This document shows positions 12,948 to 25,379 of a stretch of DNA of 64,000 nt, in pieces. The translations under genes and the position numbers were made by a program. The stretch's first letter is position 1. The number at the start of each line of letters is the position of its first letter. The stretch is from positions 37,070,337 to 37,134,336 of the forward strand of contig NC_057718.1 of the NCBI RefSeq assembly GCF_004010195.1, given 5' to 3'. Under the pieces are notes generated by a model. It was given only the letters and a program-made list of their open reading frames with translations, had not been told where the DNA came from and searched no databases. This DNA is from Chiloscyllium plagiosum (taxonomy: Eukaryota).

Positions 12948-14295
12948 AGACAGAGGGTGGTGGTGGAGGGTTACTTTCCAGACTGGAGGCCTGTGATCAG
13001 TGGTGTGCCACAAGGATTGATGTTGGGTCCACTGCTTTTTTGTCATTTATTTAAATGATTTGGATGTGAGCATAAGAGGTATAGTTAGTAAGTTTGCAGA
13101 TGACACCAAAATTGGAGGTGTGATGGACAGCAAAGGTGGTTACCTCAGAATACAACAGGACTTTGATCAGATGGGCCAATGGGCTGAGGAGTGGCAGATG
13201 GAGTTTAATTATATAAATGTGAGGTGCTGCATTTTGGAAAAGCCAATCGGGGTAGGATATACCAGTAAGATCCAGGGGAGTGTTGCTGAACAAAGAGACT
13301 TTGGAGTGTAGGTTCATAGCTCCTTGAAAGTGGAGTTGCAGGTAGATAGGATAGTGAAGAAGGCATTTGGTCTGTTTTCCTTTAATGGTCAGAGAATTGA
13401 GTTTAGGAGTTGAGAGGTCATGTTGCAACTGTACAGGACTTTTTTTACACTACTTTTGGAATACTGCATGTAATTCTGGTCTCCCTCCCATAGGGAAGAT
13501 GTTGTGAAACATGAAAGGGTTCAGAAAAGATTTACAAGGATGTTTCCAGGGTTGGAGGATTTGAGCTACAGGGAGAGGCTGAACAGGCGGCACGGTGGCC
13601 CAGTGGTTAGCACTGCTGCCTCACAGCGCCAGAGTCTGGGGTTCAATTCCCGCCTCAGGCGATTGACTGTGTGGAGTTTGCACGTTCTCCCCGTGTCTGC
13701 GTGGGTTTCCTCCGGGTGCTCCGGTTTCTTCCCACAGTCCAAAGATGTGCAGGTCAGGTGAATTGGCCATACTAAATTGCCCGTCGTGTTAGGTTAGGGG
13801 TATGGGTGGGTTGTGCTTCGGCGGGTCGGTGTTGACTTGTTGGGCCGAAGGGCCTGTTTCCACACTGTAATGTAATCTAAAATCTAATCTAAAGGCTGGG
13901 GCTGTTTTCCTTGGAGCATCGGAGGTTGAGGGGTGACCTTATAGAGGTTTATAAAATCATGAGGGGCATGGATAGGGTAAATAGACAAGGTATTTTGCCT
14001 GGATGGGGGAGTCCAGAACTAGTGGGCATAGGTTTAGGTGAGAGGGGAAAGATATAAAAGACACCTAAGGGGCAACGTTTTCACGCAATGGAATGAGCTG
14101 CCAGAGGAAGTGGTGAAGGCTGGTACAATTACAACATTTAAAAGGCATCTAGATGGGTATTTAAAAAGGAAGGGTTTGAAGGGATATGGGCAAATGATGG
14201 CAAATGGGACTAGATTCATTTAAGATATCAGGTCAGCATGGACATTTTGGACTGAATGGCCTGAGCCACGCTGTACAGGTCTGACTCTATGACTC
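12948..14295 (+). mobile_element. CR1 LINE family A, 5'-truncated, interrupted by an HE1 SINE
   Basis: Motifs SGVPQG, SKFADDTK, ERVQKRFTRM and WNELPEEVV, with a 'ctatgactc' tail and several stops and frameshifts. Confidence 0.95.
13586..13892 (+). mobile_element. HE1/V-SINE, full length
   Basis: tRNA-derived head (A box 'tggcccagtggt', B box 'gttcaattc'), V-domain core, CR1-like 3' segment and (aatct)n tail. It splits the CR1 sequence 'gaacagg|ctgggg'. Confidence 0.95.
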
Positions 14296-15033
14296 AATAT
14301 CTTTTGGCCTCCACAGAATTTGCAAACAGCCCACTGGGGGTGACGTGTCAGAATGTCATTGATTTCTCAGAGAAAGTCATTCACTCTGAGGATGCATAGT
14401 CACTGGACTCATACAGAATGTGCCAGGATCTCTTTATTCGTCTTCACTGAAGATTGGGGGTGCAGTGTTGCAGAAGCCAGATGGAAGAAGATTTAGTTTT
14501 CCCAGTGTTAGTTGAGTATGGAAATACACAATTAAGTCCCCAGTTCCTCCCAGCTCTCCAGGAGGATCCTTCTCCTTGCTCTACCGGGCTGTATCTTCTG
14601 GGATCGTTCAAATCATTCCACTGTCTGAATATTCCAGAATCAATTTCCACCGTCAAGTTCCAACTTAAATATTCTTTATTCCGTAATTCTCCAAAGGCCC
14701 CATAAATCTTGTCACTTTCCATTTAAAATAAAGCCAATATTTACAAGTGTTTTGCTTACTTATTAGCTCAAAGATTCTCTACCTTCATGTTTTATCAGCT
14801 GGTTCTTCACACAGTAGTAGTTATTCTGTTAGTCTTTCTCTCCATGTCTTGGTGTCTGTCTCCAAAAAGCAGCTGCCTTATCTTCTGTGTCAAGGTATGA
14901 TTTATTTTCATTCAATTTTTTTTATCCATTACAACCAGATCACTTGAAACCAGCTCCAGACAGAGATTTAGTATGACTAAACACAGCTATCTAGAACTTT
15001 CTGCTTCACCATAAGGTAGGGGAGAGATTGTAA

Positions 15034-15361
15034 AGATTAGATTAGATTACATTACATTACAGTGTGGAAACAGGCCCTTCGGCCCAACAAGTCCACACCG
15101 ACCCACCGAAGCACAACCCACCCAGACCCATTCCCCCACATTTACCCCTTCACCTAACATTACGGGCAATTTAGCATGGCCAATTCACCTAACCTGCACA
15201 TTTTTGGATTGTGGGAGGAAACCGGAGCACCCGGAGGAAACCCACGCAGACACAGGGAGAACGTGCAAACTCCACACTGAGACTCGCCTGAGGCGGGAAT
15301 TGAACCCCGGTCTCTGGCGCTGTGTGGCTGCAGTGCTAACCACTGTGCCACCGTGTCACCC
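15034..15361 (-). mobile_element. HE1/V-SINE, full length
   Basis: Reverse complement of the 13586 element, with the tail seen as (agatt)n on the + strand. Confidence 0.95.
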
Positions 15362-16149
15362 AACGTGTCTTGTGCTTAGATGTCTTGTGCAAGTCCCACA
15401 TTCATAACATTATGGAAAGAGCAACTATCTATATGAGGCATCAAACACTGTATGCTGGCATTAACAAATGACTTTCACACAAAATATTCCATTTTAAATA
15501 GGACTGATGAAGCCTGACCATTCATTGTTCCAAAGCTCTGCAGGAAGTGCTCTCCAGCTCCTTGCTAACAGAGAAGTACGAATGTGCCATGAGAGGGTTG
15601 ATGATGAAAGGGATAATGGAAGCGGGGACTTAGCTTATAGCATTCAGTCAATATCACTCTTGCCACCTGGCATCTCAGTGGACTTGCTGAAGCAAACTTT
15701 TACAAGGCCCGCAAACCTCTAAAACCTAAAAGGCATTGGCCCAGAACCATCTGAGAATTAACGGGGGTTCACCGTGTAGATGTTCCCAGAAAAGAAAGAT
15801 TAGCTTAGAAATTGAACAAGTGTATGTAAATGGGTATGTTACTCCGTGTTGGATTGTTCAGCTTCAGTTTCTGTTTCCTATTTAAGTCACATAAATGTTA
15901 CACTCTTGCAATATTTTCCTGTGACCATTTTTGGCTGAAGCCAGGTAAATGGTTTTTTAAAATTGTGATGATTTAACATCAAAAATTGCGTTGATATGAA
16001 TTTGTTACTTGGTTAATTGTATGATTGCTTTGTATTAGAAGAAGGAGTTGGAAAATTGGGCTTAACATCTGTCTGTCAGTTGCGTACACTGGTGAAACCT
16101 AACTGACCTTCACAATTATGATAGGATTCTGGACAGCAACTTACATTGC

Positions 16150-17121
16150 TGCTGGTGTATTTGTCACATTGTTTCCCTCCTTCTTCATTTCCTCCACCCA
16201 ATAGACTCTGTGCATTTTGCCTTGAGCCTTCTGAACATTCATTTCTCACTGCTGCGTAATGTTTTGCAGACGGTAACACACCATGGTCATATTGTAGGGC
16301 GATTTCCAATTTATTCAGGCACCTGAACTCAAGTTTTGAACACGTTGATGGCTTTCTCAATAAGAAATATGATTAAAATATTTCATCTCATGTTGCTAGG
16401 CCTCAGTGGTTGGATTTCTCATGGATCTCAGCTGCCACATTTTAAGTAGGCATCTCTCGTCTCCAAACAGCCATCCAGTAAGTCGGCTTTGAACTGGGAA
16501 GGTAGAAGGGAAGATGGACCACCATAGGATGAAAGTATCATGGTATCTGCCTGGGAACTAGATGCTGACCTGCGGAAACATCTTTCATGATTACACGTCA
16601 GGAATGGAAGCCTTTATGCGAGAGAACCTTAATTACCATGTGCGTGTAGTCATTGATGCCCTATGCTTGTGAGAAATAGTCAGAGCTACAAACCTAAGTT
16701 CCTATCCATTCTGACTGGTATCAAAGATAGCAAAGTGATCCTAGTTGTCTCCTCAGCTAAATATGGTATGAGTAACCTGTGTTATGCAATTATGGGCAGC
16801 CAACTGCAAGATCTGATCAATGTGTCTAACAGAGCTGTGAAAGGAGCCAAAGACAGTGATGACTTTGACAGCAATCAGCAAAATGTGGCTTTCAGGTCCA
16901 CTTAGCAGAAGGTCACTTTCCAGCCGGTCGCAAATATTGAAATACTGACCCCAAATCCTGAGAGTCCTGAAATACTCCTGTTCCAGCATGTCAAGGAAGC
17001 TGATCCTTTGCCTGTACACCCTGTGTTTGAGTATCATTTCTTGAAAGCTGTCCCATTCTCTGCTTCCCTTCTTCTGTGAGGATAATGTTGCTGCTATGCT
17101 GCACTGGTGTGCCCTTGTCAT
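16150..17121 (-). mobile_element. Harbinger/PIF transposase fossil (HARBI1-like DDE family)
   Basis: Minus-strand frames give RVYRQRISFLDM..ICDRLESDL...IAVKVIT..AAHNCITQVT, GINDYTHMVIK (GxIDxTH-like), HKGFHS, FPGRYHDTFIL and FRCL...ALQY. All are Harbinger transposase motifs, broken by stops and deletions. Confidence 0.88.
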
Positions 17122-17264
17122 CTGAAGCTAACAGATTAAAGAGGATGCTTCCAAGTGGAGATCAGATATACAATCACCAAAGTAGATATGGTGGCCTTGG
17201 AAATAGTGAAAGTCACCTGTAAAATCATGCATTGTGAACAAAAGCTTTACGCATAATTAGGGAA

Positions 17265-17490
17265 GAAAACAAACACAGAACATGCTGGAGAAATTCAGCA
17301 GGTCTTGCAGCATCCCTGGAGACAGGAACAAAGTTAACATCATGTTTCTGATAGACTCAGAAGAAGAGCCATACTGGATTTGAAACAATAACTCTCCTCT
17401 CTCCACAGGTCCTGCCAGATCTGCTGATTTTCTCCAACATGTTCTTTGTTTGTCTCAGATTTCCACCATCTATGGCATTTTGCTTTTATT
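17265..17490 (+). mobile_element. PLE-derived unit with an inverted 5' arm
   Basis: 'aacatgctggagaaattcagcaggtcttgcag' is inverted relative to 'ctgccagatctgctgattttctccaacatgtt'. Same family as 1972 and 47513. Confidence 0.75.
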
Positions 17491-17759
17491 TGGGAAGGAA
17501 ACAGTTGTGAGATCTGGTTCTTATGAGATTTGTTTCTCCCCATCATTTCTGGAGTCCTCTCAATTGTATTCTCACCTTCCTTTCACTGGTAATTTCCAGG
17601 AAGGGTGCAAATACCATGCAATCACGGTTAAAGCTCACGATAATATTGCTTTTTTTTATGAGCTGTTAACATATTGCAAATGAGCAGCCAATCTCTCCCA
17701 AAAGGGTTGCTTGCATGCAGCCTAGTGCACCACTGATAAATGTGGAAGGTGGTAGGTTC

Positions 17760-19058
17760 GGATGGCACCATTTGCCACAGCAGATTCACTGCGGACGCTT
17801 AGCCACCACCCATTGGCCACTGAAGACGATTCACTAATGCAAGTAAGTCGTATATTTTGAATATTGCTAGTATATAAAATTGTCGTTATATTGGTTAAGG
17901 TAGTGTTTGCGTTGTTTCAGTAACAACTTATTTTCGTTACAGGAGTTTTTTTTATGCTTGTATTTTTGGAACAGGAATTTTTAGTATGGAAACAGAAACT
18001 ATTAGTAAACGTGGAAATAAGAAGTTTTACCACGATGGTTTTATATATGTTTTTGATAAACTATCCAAGAGTGATTCAAGTATTAAGTTTTGGCAATGTG
18101 AACAAAGGGGCCGATGTAATGGACGGATCCACACCAAGAGTGGCACTGTGATAAAAACAATTAATGGACACACACATTCTCCTTTCACAGCAAGTGTCCA
18201 AGTTGCGAAAGTGAAAACAAGTTTAAAACGTCGTGCAGAAGAATCCCAGGAAGTACCTAGTGTTCTTATTAACGAATGTGTAGCTGATGTCCCTCAGTCA
18301 GTCCTGGCATCTTTACTGAAGAAAATAATTTGACGAAAAAGGAATGATATTAGTTTTGCGCCACCAAACCCTACTGATCTTCAGCATTTGGTGATTCCAA
18401 TTAGATACAAAGTATATAAGCCGGATAACGGAGCAGAAGAAAAATTTCTTTTGGCGGATAGTGGTCAAGGAAGTAATCGTATAATCATATTTGGTAGGGA
18501 ATCTTGGATACATCATTTAGCAGAATCGACGTGGTTTGTGGATGGTACGGCTTTTGTGCCACTTACTGACCTTGATAACTCAGATTTTTTGCCTCAAGAA
18601 CTACAACCAAATAAAGCTAAAAAAAAGTATCGAGACGCAGACGATAGAATAAAAAAAATTGTTCTTGAATACGGCGAGAGAGATTGTTTGGAATATCTTA
18701 GAGGAATAGCGCATTACTATCAAATGAACTGAAATTTCATTGTTTAATATTAATGTGAGATGTTACTGCCATAATAAAGATTTTTAAAATATATTTCCTT
18801 TTTCTGGTTAAAGTTTGTAACTCATTTTATATAAACCAATAAAATGATATTTATTTTACCTCTTTTTTTTATCAATACGTAGTTGTATAAATAAAGGGGA
18901 CTGAGAAGTATGAAAGAACAGGCGGGAGGGAAAACAATCACTACATTTATATATATTTCCGGTGGCGAATAGTCTCCAGAGGTCAAACGACCCCAGTGGA
19001 GAGACGCTGGTGGCAAACCGGCAGTGGCTAATGTGCCGTGGTGAATCGTCACCAACCC
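17760..19058 (+). mobile_element. Mutator-superfamily (Phantom-like, FLYWCH plus MULE) DNA transposon, internally deleted
   Basis: TSD ggtaggttc/ggtaggttg at 17751-17759 and 19059-19067 (8/9 match). Both ends carry imperfect inverted arrays of ~15-bp 'ccac' repeats. An internal transposase-like frame is present. Confidence 0.88.
17986..18732 (+). pseudogene. Truncated FLYWCH-MULE transposase reading frame (248 codons with one internal TGA at 18331-18333)
   Basis: FLYWCH zinc finger DGFIY..FWQCEQRGRC....GHTH, then APPNP, FLLADSG, RIIIFG, WFVDGT, AFVP and a C-terminal KKYR...LEYLRGIAH. ORFs 17986-18333 and 18388-18732 are in the same frame. The core after DGT is missing. Confidence 0.85.
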
Positions 19059-19387
19059 GGTAGGTTGGAGCACACTTCCCAACATTCTCTCAGGTTCAAT
19101 ACTTTTTAACCTCTTCCCACTCCCAAACCTATTTGCTCCTGTTTCCCATTTTCACCTCAAATGTTGAAAGGCTTTTAAGAGTTAAATCATTCCTTTTATC
19201 AACAGCCACGGTTCACTGCCAAAGGGGAGCACCTTTTTCTTCAATAGATGAGATTAATCTGCTTCTTTTGGCACATTTATGAAAAGAAGTCAGAATGCTC
19301 CGATGGCACATGAGTCATGTTTAGGCAGCTGCTTCTTAACAAGTCTTTCTACTGATAAAAAGTTGAGAACAAATCAAAGGGAAGTCA

Positions 19388-19684
19388 AGATTTGGAGATG
19401 CCGGTGTTGGACTGGGGTGTACAAAGTTTAAAAATCACACAACACCAGGTTATAGTCTACAGGTGGTTGTGAAGATACTAGCTTTCGGACCACTACTCCT
19501 TCATCAGGTGGTTGTGGAGTATAAGATCGTAAGACACAGAATTTATAGCAATTTATTTTGCTATAAATTCTGTGTCTTACGATCTTATACTCCACAACCA
19601 GATGACGAAGGAGCAGCACTCTGAAAGCTAGTGCTTCCAGATAAACCTGTTGGACTATAACCTGGTGTTGTGTGATTTTTAACT
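19388..19684 (-). mobile_element. Palindromic PLE-derived insertion with a long perfect central hairpin
   Basis: Same arms and tail as 62175-62390 in the opposite orientation. Perfect 43-bp inverted arms at 19509-19551 and 19558-19600. Confidence 0.88.
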
Positions 19685-20524
19685 AAAATCAAACTGGTTT
19701 AGTGCATTAACTGGGAAGCTGAGGAATGATTTACCATTTCCAAGTACACATTTGCTATAATGCAAACTGAGGAACAATAGGATAATTTTCACCTTCACCA
19801 CGTGTATCCCTAATCTTGCAACAGAGGTATCTGTGACCACACTTAAATATTAGTTGTGTCAGGCATGGGTTCATTTGGACTGAAGGTTGGTCTGAGAACA
19901 GACTGAATTGAGCTTGATAGCTGAGAGTAGCATTCTGATCAACCACTACATCCCATTATATTGATGTTGCCATCATCATCAATTCAATATCTCAATATCT
20001 GACATTTTTTATTATTACAAATTGTTGATCAAGACCAATGTTCATCAAGGAAGGATACAAACTTTGGACAATTGACACGTGCATCATAATCTATAATGTT
20101 GCTGAAAGAATTGGCATTGGGAAATCTCATGCTCAACACTCAGTAGAACTGGGCAGCAACAGGATAGAAATCAATGTTATCCTTCTTTCAGGATACTTGA
20201 TCTGCTTGAGTTTCTAGCTTGGTCTAAAGTAGGGAATGAAAGAAGAAGCAACGTGATAGTTCTGTGTTAAGTTTCTAACTAGTGCTCATGCTGGGTGCCA
20301 AGTCTAGTCAATCCCCAGGACTGGCAGCATCTGATCCAACATTTCTAGTGGCAGATTTTTCAAACAGAAAGTTTTTATAATGGGTTGTGCTATAATTTAT
20401 TTCAAGCTAATTCCAGACTGTTTTTTTCTTTTGGGTACTGAGTTGAAGTTACCTTTTGATTTTGTTTGTCACAGCATCATTATTGACACCAATGGATTTC
20501 CAAATGTAATTTCCTAAGCTAAGT

Positions 20525-20841
20525 GGGCGGCACAGTGGCACAGTTAGCACTGCTGCCTCACAGCGCCAGAGACCCGGGTTTAATTCCTGCCTCAGGCGAC
20601 TGACTGTGTGGAGTTTGCTCATTCTCCCCGTGTCTGCATGGGTTTCCTCCGGATGCTCCAGTTTCCTCCCACAGTCCAAAGATGTGCGGGTCAGGTGAAT
20701 TGGCCATGCTAAATTGCCCGTAGTGCTAGGTGAAGGGGTAAATGTAGGGGCATGGGTGGGTTGCGCTTCGGCAGGTTAGTGTGGACTTGTTGGGCCGAGG
20801 GGCCTGTTTCCACACAGTAAGTAATCTAAAAAAAAATCTAA
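20525..20841 (+). mobile_element. HE1/V-SINE, full length
   Basis: Same head, core and tail as the 13586 copy. Confidence 0.95.
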
Positions 20842-20890
20842 CATATCCAGAAGAAGTAAAGAACCTGAGGAGCCATGCGAGGCTGTTTCA

Positions 20891-20926
20891 GAGATATTTT
20901 ATGCTGAGGAGATATTTTATGCTGAG
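20891..20926. repeat. Perfect 18-bp tandem duplication (gagatattttatgctgag x2)
   Basis: Read directly from the sequence. Confidence 0.9.
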
Positions 20927-21367
20927 TACACTGCTCCTGGCTTTCATTTTTATGTGCCTTTTTTTAGCATATTTATCGACACTGAAGAAGGGTCACTGGA
21001 TCCAAAACATCAAGTCTGCTTTCTTTCTGCAGATGTTGCCAGACCTGCTGACTTTCTCCAGCAATCTCTATGCTTGTTTATTAACATCACTGATCAAAGA
21101 ATAGGTATGTGATAACATGCAGCAAGACCAATTGCCTGCCCCTGCAGCCTTGACAAAATTTAATAATGGGTAGGAATATCAACTGAATCTCTACATTGGC
21201 TATCAGAAATGTTGTCCACAACTGTAACATCTCCCTTTATTGCCACCATTTTTAAACATGATTTGCATTGAATTTCACTTTTACACTAGATGTCTCTTTC
21301 TCTGTTCTTGCCTGAGACATGGTGACCCTTAGGTTAAAACATCCCCAGTCATCTCCTTCTAATGAGA

Positions 21368-21584
21368 AAGTGAGAAGTTAAACAACACCAGGTTATTGTC
21401 CAACAAGTTTATTTGAAATCACAAGCTTTCGGAGCACTGTTCTTATCAGGTAAAGTGACTTCACCTGACGAAGGAGCAGCACTCCGAAAGCTTATAATTT
21501 CAACTAAACCTGTTGGACTACAACCTGGTGTCGTGTGACTTGACTTTGTCCACCCCAGTCCAACACCGATACTTCCAGATCATG
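21368..21584 (+). mobile_element. Palindromic PLE-derived insertion nested in a SINE 3' fragment (about 21295-21635)
   Basis: Inverted arms 'aacaccaggttattgtccaacaagtttatttgaaa' and 'aaacctgttggactacaacctggtgtc', hammerhead core 'ctgacgaaggagcagcactccgaaagctt' and tail 'tttgtccaccccagtccaacacc'. Confidence 0.8.
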
Positions 21585-24500
21585 GCTCTGAAGAGAGAGC
21601 AGCCCTCTGGTCTAGTAAGACTATGGCCACTTTACCAGCTGAATTTCCTGAGTAATTGTATAGATGTGTTTACAGTGGAAAATGAAGTGTGTTTTGATGG
21701 GGCTTGTTTTAGATGAGCTCCCATTCCCTTCATTTAGAATGAATCTGCACCTAAATGACGATGACACTGCTAACTCAACATCAGCCAGCTAAAAATGGCT
21801 GCAGTTTAAAAATAAAATATAGGCTAATGTCTGTGAAATAATTTAAATATTTAAATCTCTTAAAATTTTGCAATCTTTTTCAGCATGTTCTATGTTTTAA
21901 GACCGTAACTGCATCATTTTGCTTCCAGAGAACCTGCTGCCTCAAATTCACATCTTGATAGCATGCATTTACCAAATGAAAATATCTGTTCTCACATTAA
22001 CTGTGGACTGCTCCAAAGCAGAAGGGGCTAGGCAAGCATCATCAAATATACAATCATATCCTCCCATTTCCTTTAGTACTAGCATGATTCCAGTGAAAAT
22101 AACTGAATGTATATTTGTTCTTAACCAAAATTTGTTCTTTATCAGGATTAGTCATTGAAACAGCCTATATGTGGACTTTGAATCATTAAAGTACTCAGGA
22201 AAAGCATAATAAGGTCAGAATATGTCACAGAATTACAGCATTGTGTATATAATATATAATGTTTCAATTTCCCAGGATGCTTGTCTGTATTGCACTGACA
22301 CGGAACCAATATATAATCTCAAGAATTTTACATAATTTGTCATCAACGTTGCTTTTGATTTACTTACATATGGAATCAAAGGGTCTGTTCATAATCCAGG
22401 GTTCAGATCCAAGAAGTAGTCCATATTCAGGGAGGTTTCCCAATAGTTGCTTTAGTTTTATTTTACATCCCAGGAGTTAAGCTACAAGACATTACTATGT
22501 AATTAAATGCTTATGAAAACATTGATTCATGCAGAACCAATGCAGCTATACAAATGAACACCAACAATGCCAACTGGATTGGATTATTCCTTTTGAACAT
22601 GATGCCTTGCTCAAATGATGAAGTACATGACAGTCTAGTCATTGATTAAATATTATAATGTTAGAGAATGGTCGAAGAAAGTAAATGTCACTGACATTTG
22701 ATATGCTGTACCCTGGTTCTGCTGGATATACTTGTATATGAGCAATGGCTTTTGTTTTAATGGCTATAGGGTAGTGCTCAAGATATTTTGTTTCTTAAGC
22801 GATGAAAACCTGCACGTTTATTTGGATCAGTTCACTAGGGAAAACTGGTAGCCGGTCGTGAAAATATACAGTACAAAGCTCACTGGCGTCTGGCCTTAAA
22901 CACAGACACAAAAAATAAAGTTTAAGTTAAGATAACAAAGTACTAATATTGACTCTGTCAATGTTCAACAATTTTTTCCACTCCACACTGATCTCATTAA
23001 GTGAATGATTTACCGGAATTTCCTCCCCTTGATAGAATTTGATTGTCTTTTCTTTTAACCTCGGGCATTCTGGCCTGGATATTTTCAGGTAGGCCTTGAC
23101 ACTAAACTGATATCTTAAAATGTCACATGTTTATGTCACTTCAGGCTACTCATTTTCCTGCTCTTTAACCTGGGGACTGCTTCCTATTTCTTCACTTTAA
23201 ATGGAAGGTAGAAATAGTATTCCACTATGGTCTGCTAATGTTGAATGCATGAAGCAATTATTCTTATCTTGTAAGAATTTTCATTGCTGCCCACCCAGAT
23301 TGTTCAGTGCCTGGAGTTTACTCACCTTTCATCATCAGCAGCCTGATGCATACAGGTCACTGGCACTTCCATGCCTTAGAAATGCATCTTTGAAATTATT
23401 TAAAGAAAGATCTCTTTGTTGCTGTGTTGCAACATGAAAGAGGCTTTGTTTGAAGACTGCATAGTGTCTGGCACCGGCAAGGCAACAAATTACCCAATAC
23501 CACTTTTTAACGTTATATTTTTAATAATACAGTTACTGAAGTGAGTGTGAAGCAAATGTTGTCAGTTCCTTTGGAAGCAATTTCCTTATACCTTAATTGC
23601 TTAATATGTTATCTTAATGTTTCTGAACAATAACCTTGTAACTTCCTTTTAATATACTTCATTATTTATGAAATTTGATAATAAATTGAATCTTATTTAT
23701 CGTCCATTTGTGCTTAGTCAATATAAGTAACAATGATGAATATTTTAACTCACTTTCAAACACAAAACAAGTCAAACACAATAGCTTGCATGGAAAATCT
23801 GTGTGGAAACTAATAGTTGCAGTAATTTTTAAATAAGAAAAACTGGGTTTGATCTTTCTTGGCGATTGAACTGTGAGGTACATAATGTTGATTTTCAATG
23901 GAAAAGGTCAAGAATAGGTGGGCAGAAAAACATTGTAGTCATTATTATGTTGTACATAAATCTCATACATTACTTCAGTTCTTTCAGGTAATTTTATCAA
24001 AAATCTCTGATTTGCGTAGCCCTCTCCACTCCCTCTGTAAGAAAACTCAGAGACTGAATATCCTGCATTTACAGTCGTTCTGAACTGATTGCAATTGCAT
24101 CACTAAGCATGAATCTAATGGGTGATTGTGGAATGTGCTATGTACAAATTAACAGCCATGTTTCTTTTCATTACAAGTGACGATGCTTCAAAATGACTAC
24201 TTTGGTAGAAAACACCTTGGAATACACTGGAATTGTGAAAATGCAACATAAATACACATTCATTTCTTCTTTGCTGGAGAGTCAATGTAGAAGCTCTTTC
24301 AGATTCAAGGATTAAGAATTCACAGGACCTGCCAATAAAATTTGATGTTAGTGCAATTATGTTTATTGCAGATTTTTGAATGTGTGTCAAGCAGCATGAA
24401 AGGTTTGGGCACAAATATGAAGGAATCCACGAGGTACAGCTGAGCAGTATGGTGTGGTCAACACAAAGTGCAAACCAGAACGAAGACCATGGCCATAACA

Positions 24501-25379
24501 GGACTCAATACAGTCAGACCTATTTGATTCTAAAGTCAAAAATAATTTGACTGTGGAATGCTTTGAATAGGAGTTAAGAAATTGAGCTTCAAAGCCTTTT
24601 AAGGATTCATTATGACTGATAATTAGATTAAGACACCCATAACGCAGGTTTCAGTAATCGTATAGCTACCCAGGGACAAATTTTACAGATGATGCTGAAA
24701 GACTACACAACATTCGCAACAGTTTATGCAGTTAGCTATGAAGACAATACCATATGTATAACATCCAGCCACTCTGCTCAAGTGATTCCAGAGTCAGCAG
24801 AGAGTGTGCAGATTCAAACAATTACTGCAACAGTACATATAACCCAGTATTTGTAGGGTCACCTAATGACTGAGTAAAGATGTTAAACTGTCTTTGTCAG
24901 AGGGAATGCAAATGGTCATCCAACAATTGCTAGGACTTTTTGTCCTTGCATTGGAAAAGGCAGGTGATTAGGGAAAAAAAACATGCGCAGTGCATTTTAA
25001 AAGCCAGTAAAGCTCCAAGCTACCCAGAGAGAAAACGCAATTTTAAAAAATCAGTAATACTGGAAATGAGCATCGTGATCATACTGGAGCTCCATTTTGA
25101 CATCCACAAGACAAGTCAGGACAATGTGTCTTATTTGCTGGTTTTTCCTTCTGGGTAAGAATACAGAATATTTATTACCAAACTATAGAAAATGGTAATG
25201 CAAACAGCTGCAATTATTCCATTGGCGTGTGGCAATTCACGAGAAGTGAAGAAATATAAGTAAGATTGCAACATGAGTCAGGACATTGTACTGTTTCATT
25301 TTATTTTGTGGGGTTAACTACACGTTATTTGACAAAGTGACTTAAATAACTGTTATCAAGAGAGACTGCCTGATGTGTC

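Noticed and set aside
13586..13660. tRNA gene at HE1 heads
   Set aside because: A and B boxes belong to the SINE head and run directly into the V-domain. The same applies to all copies.
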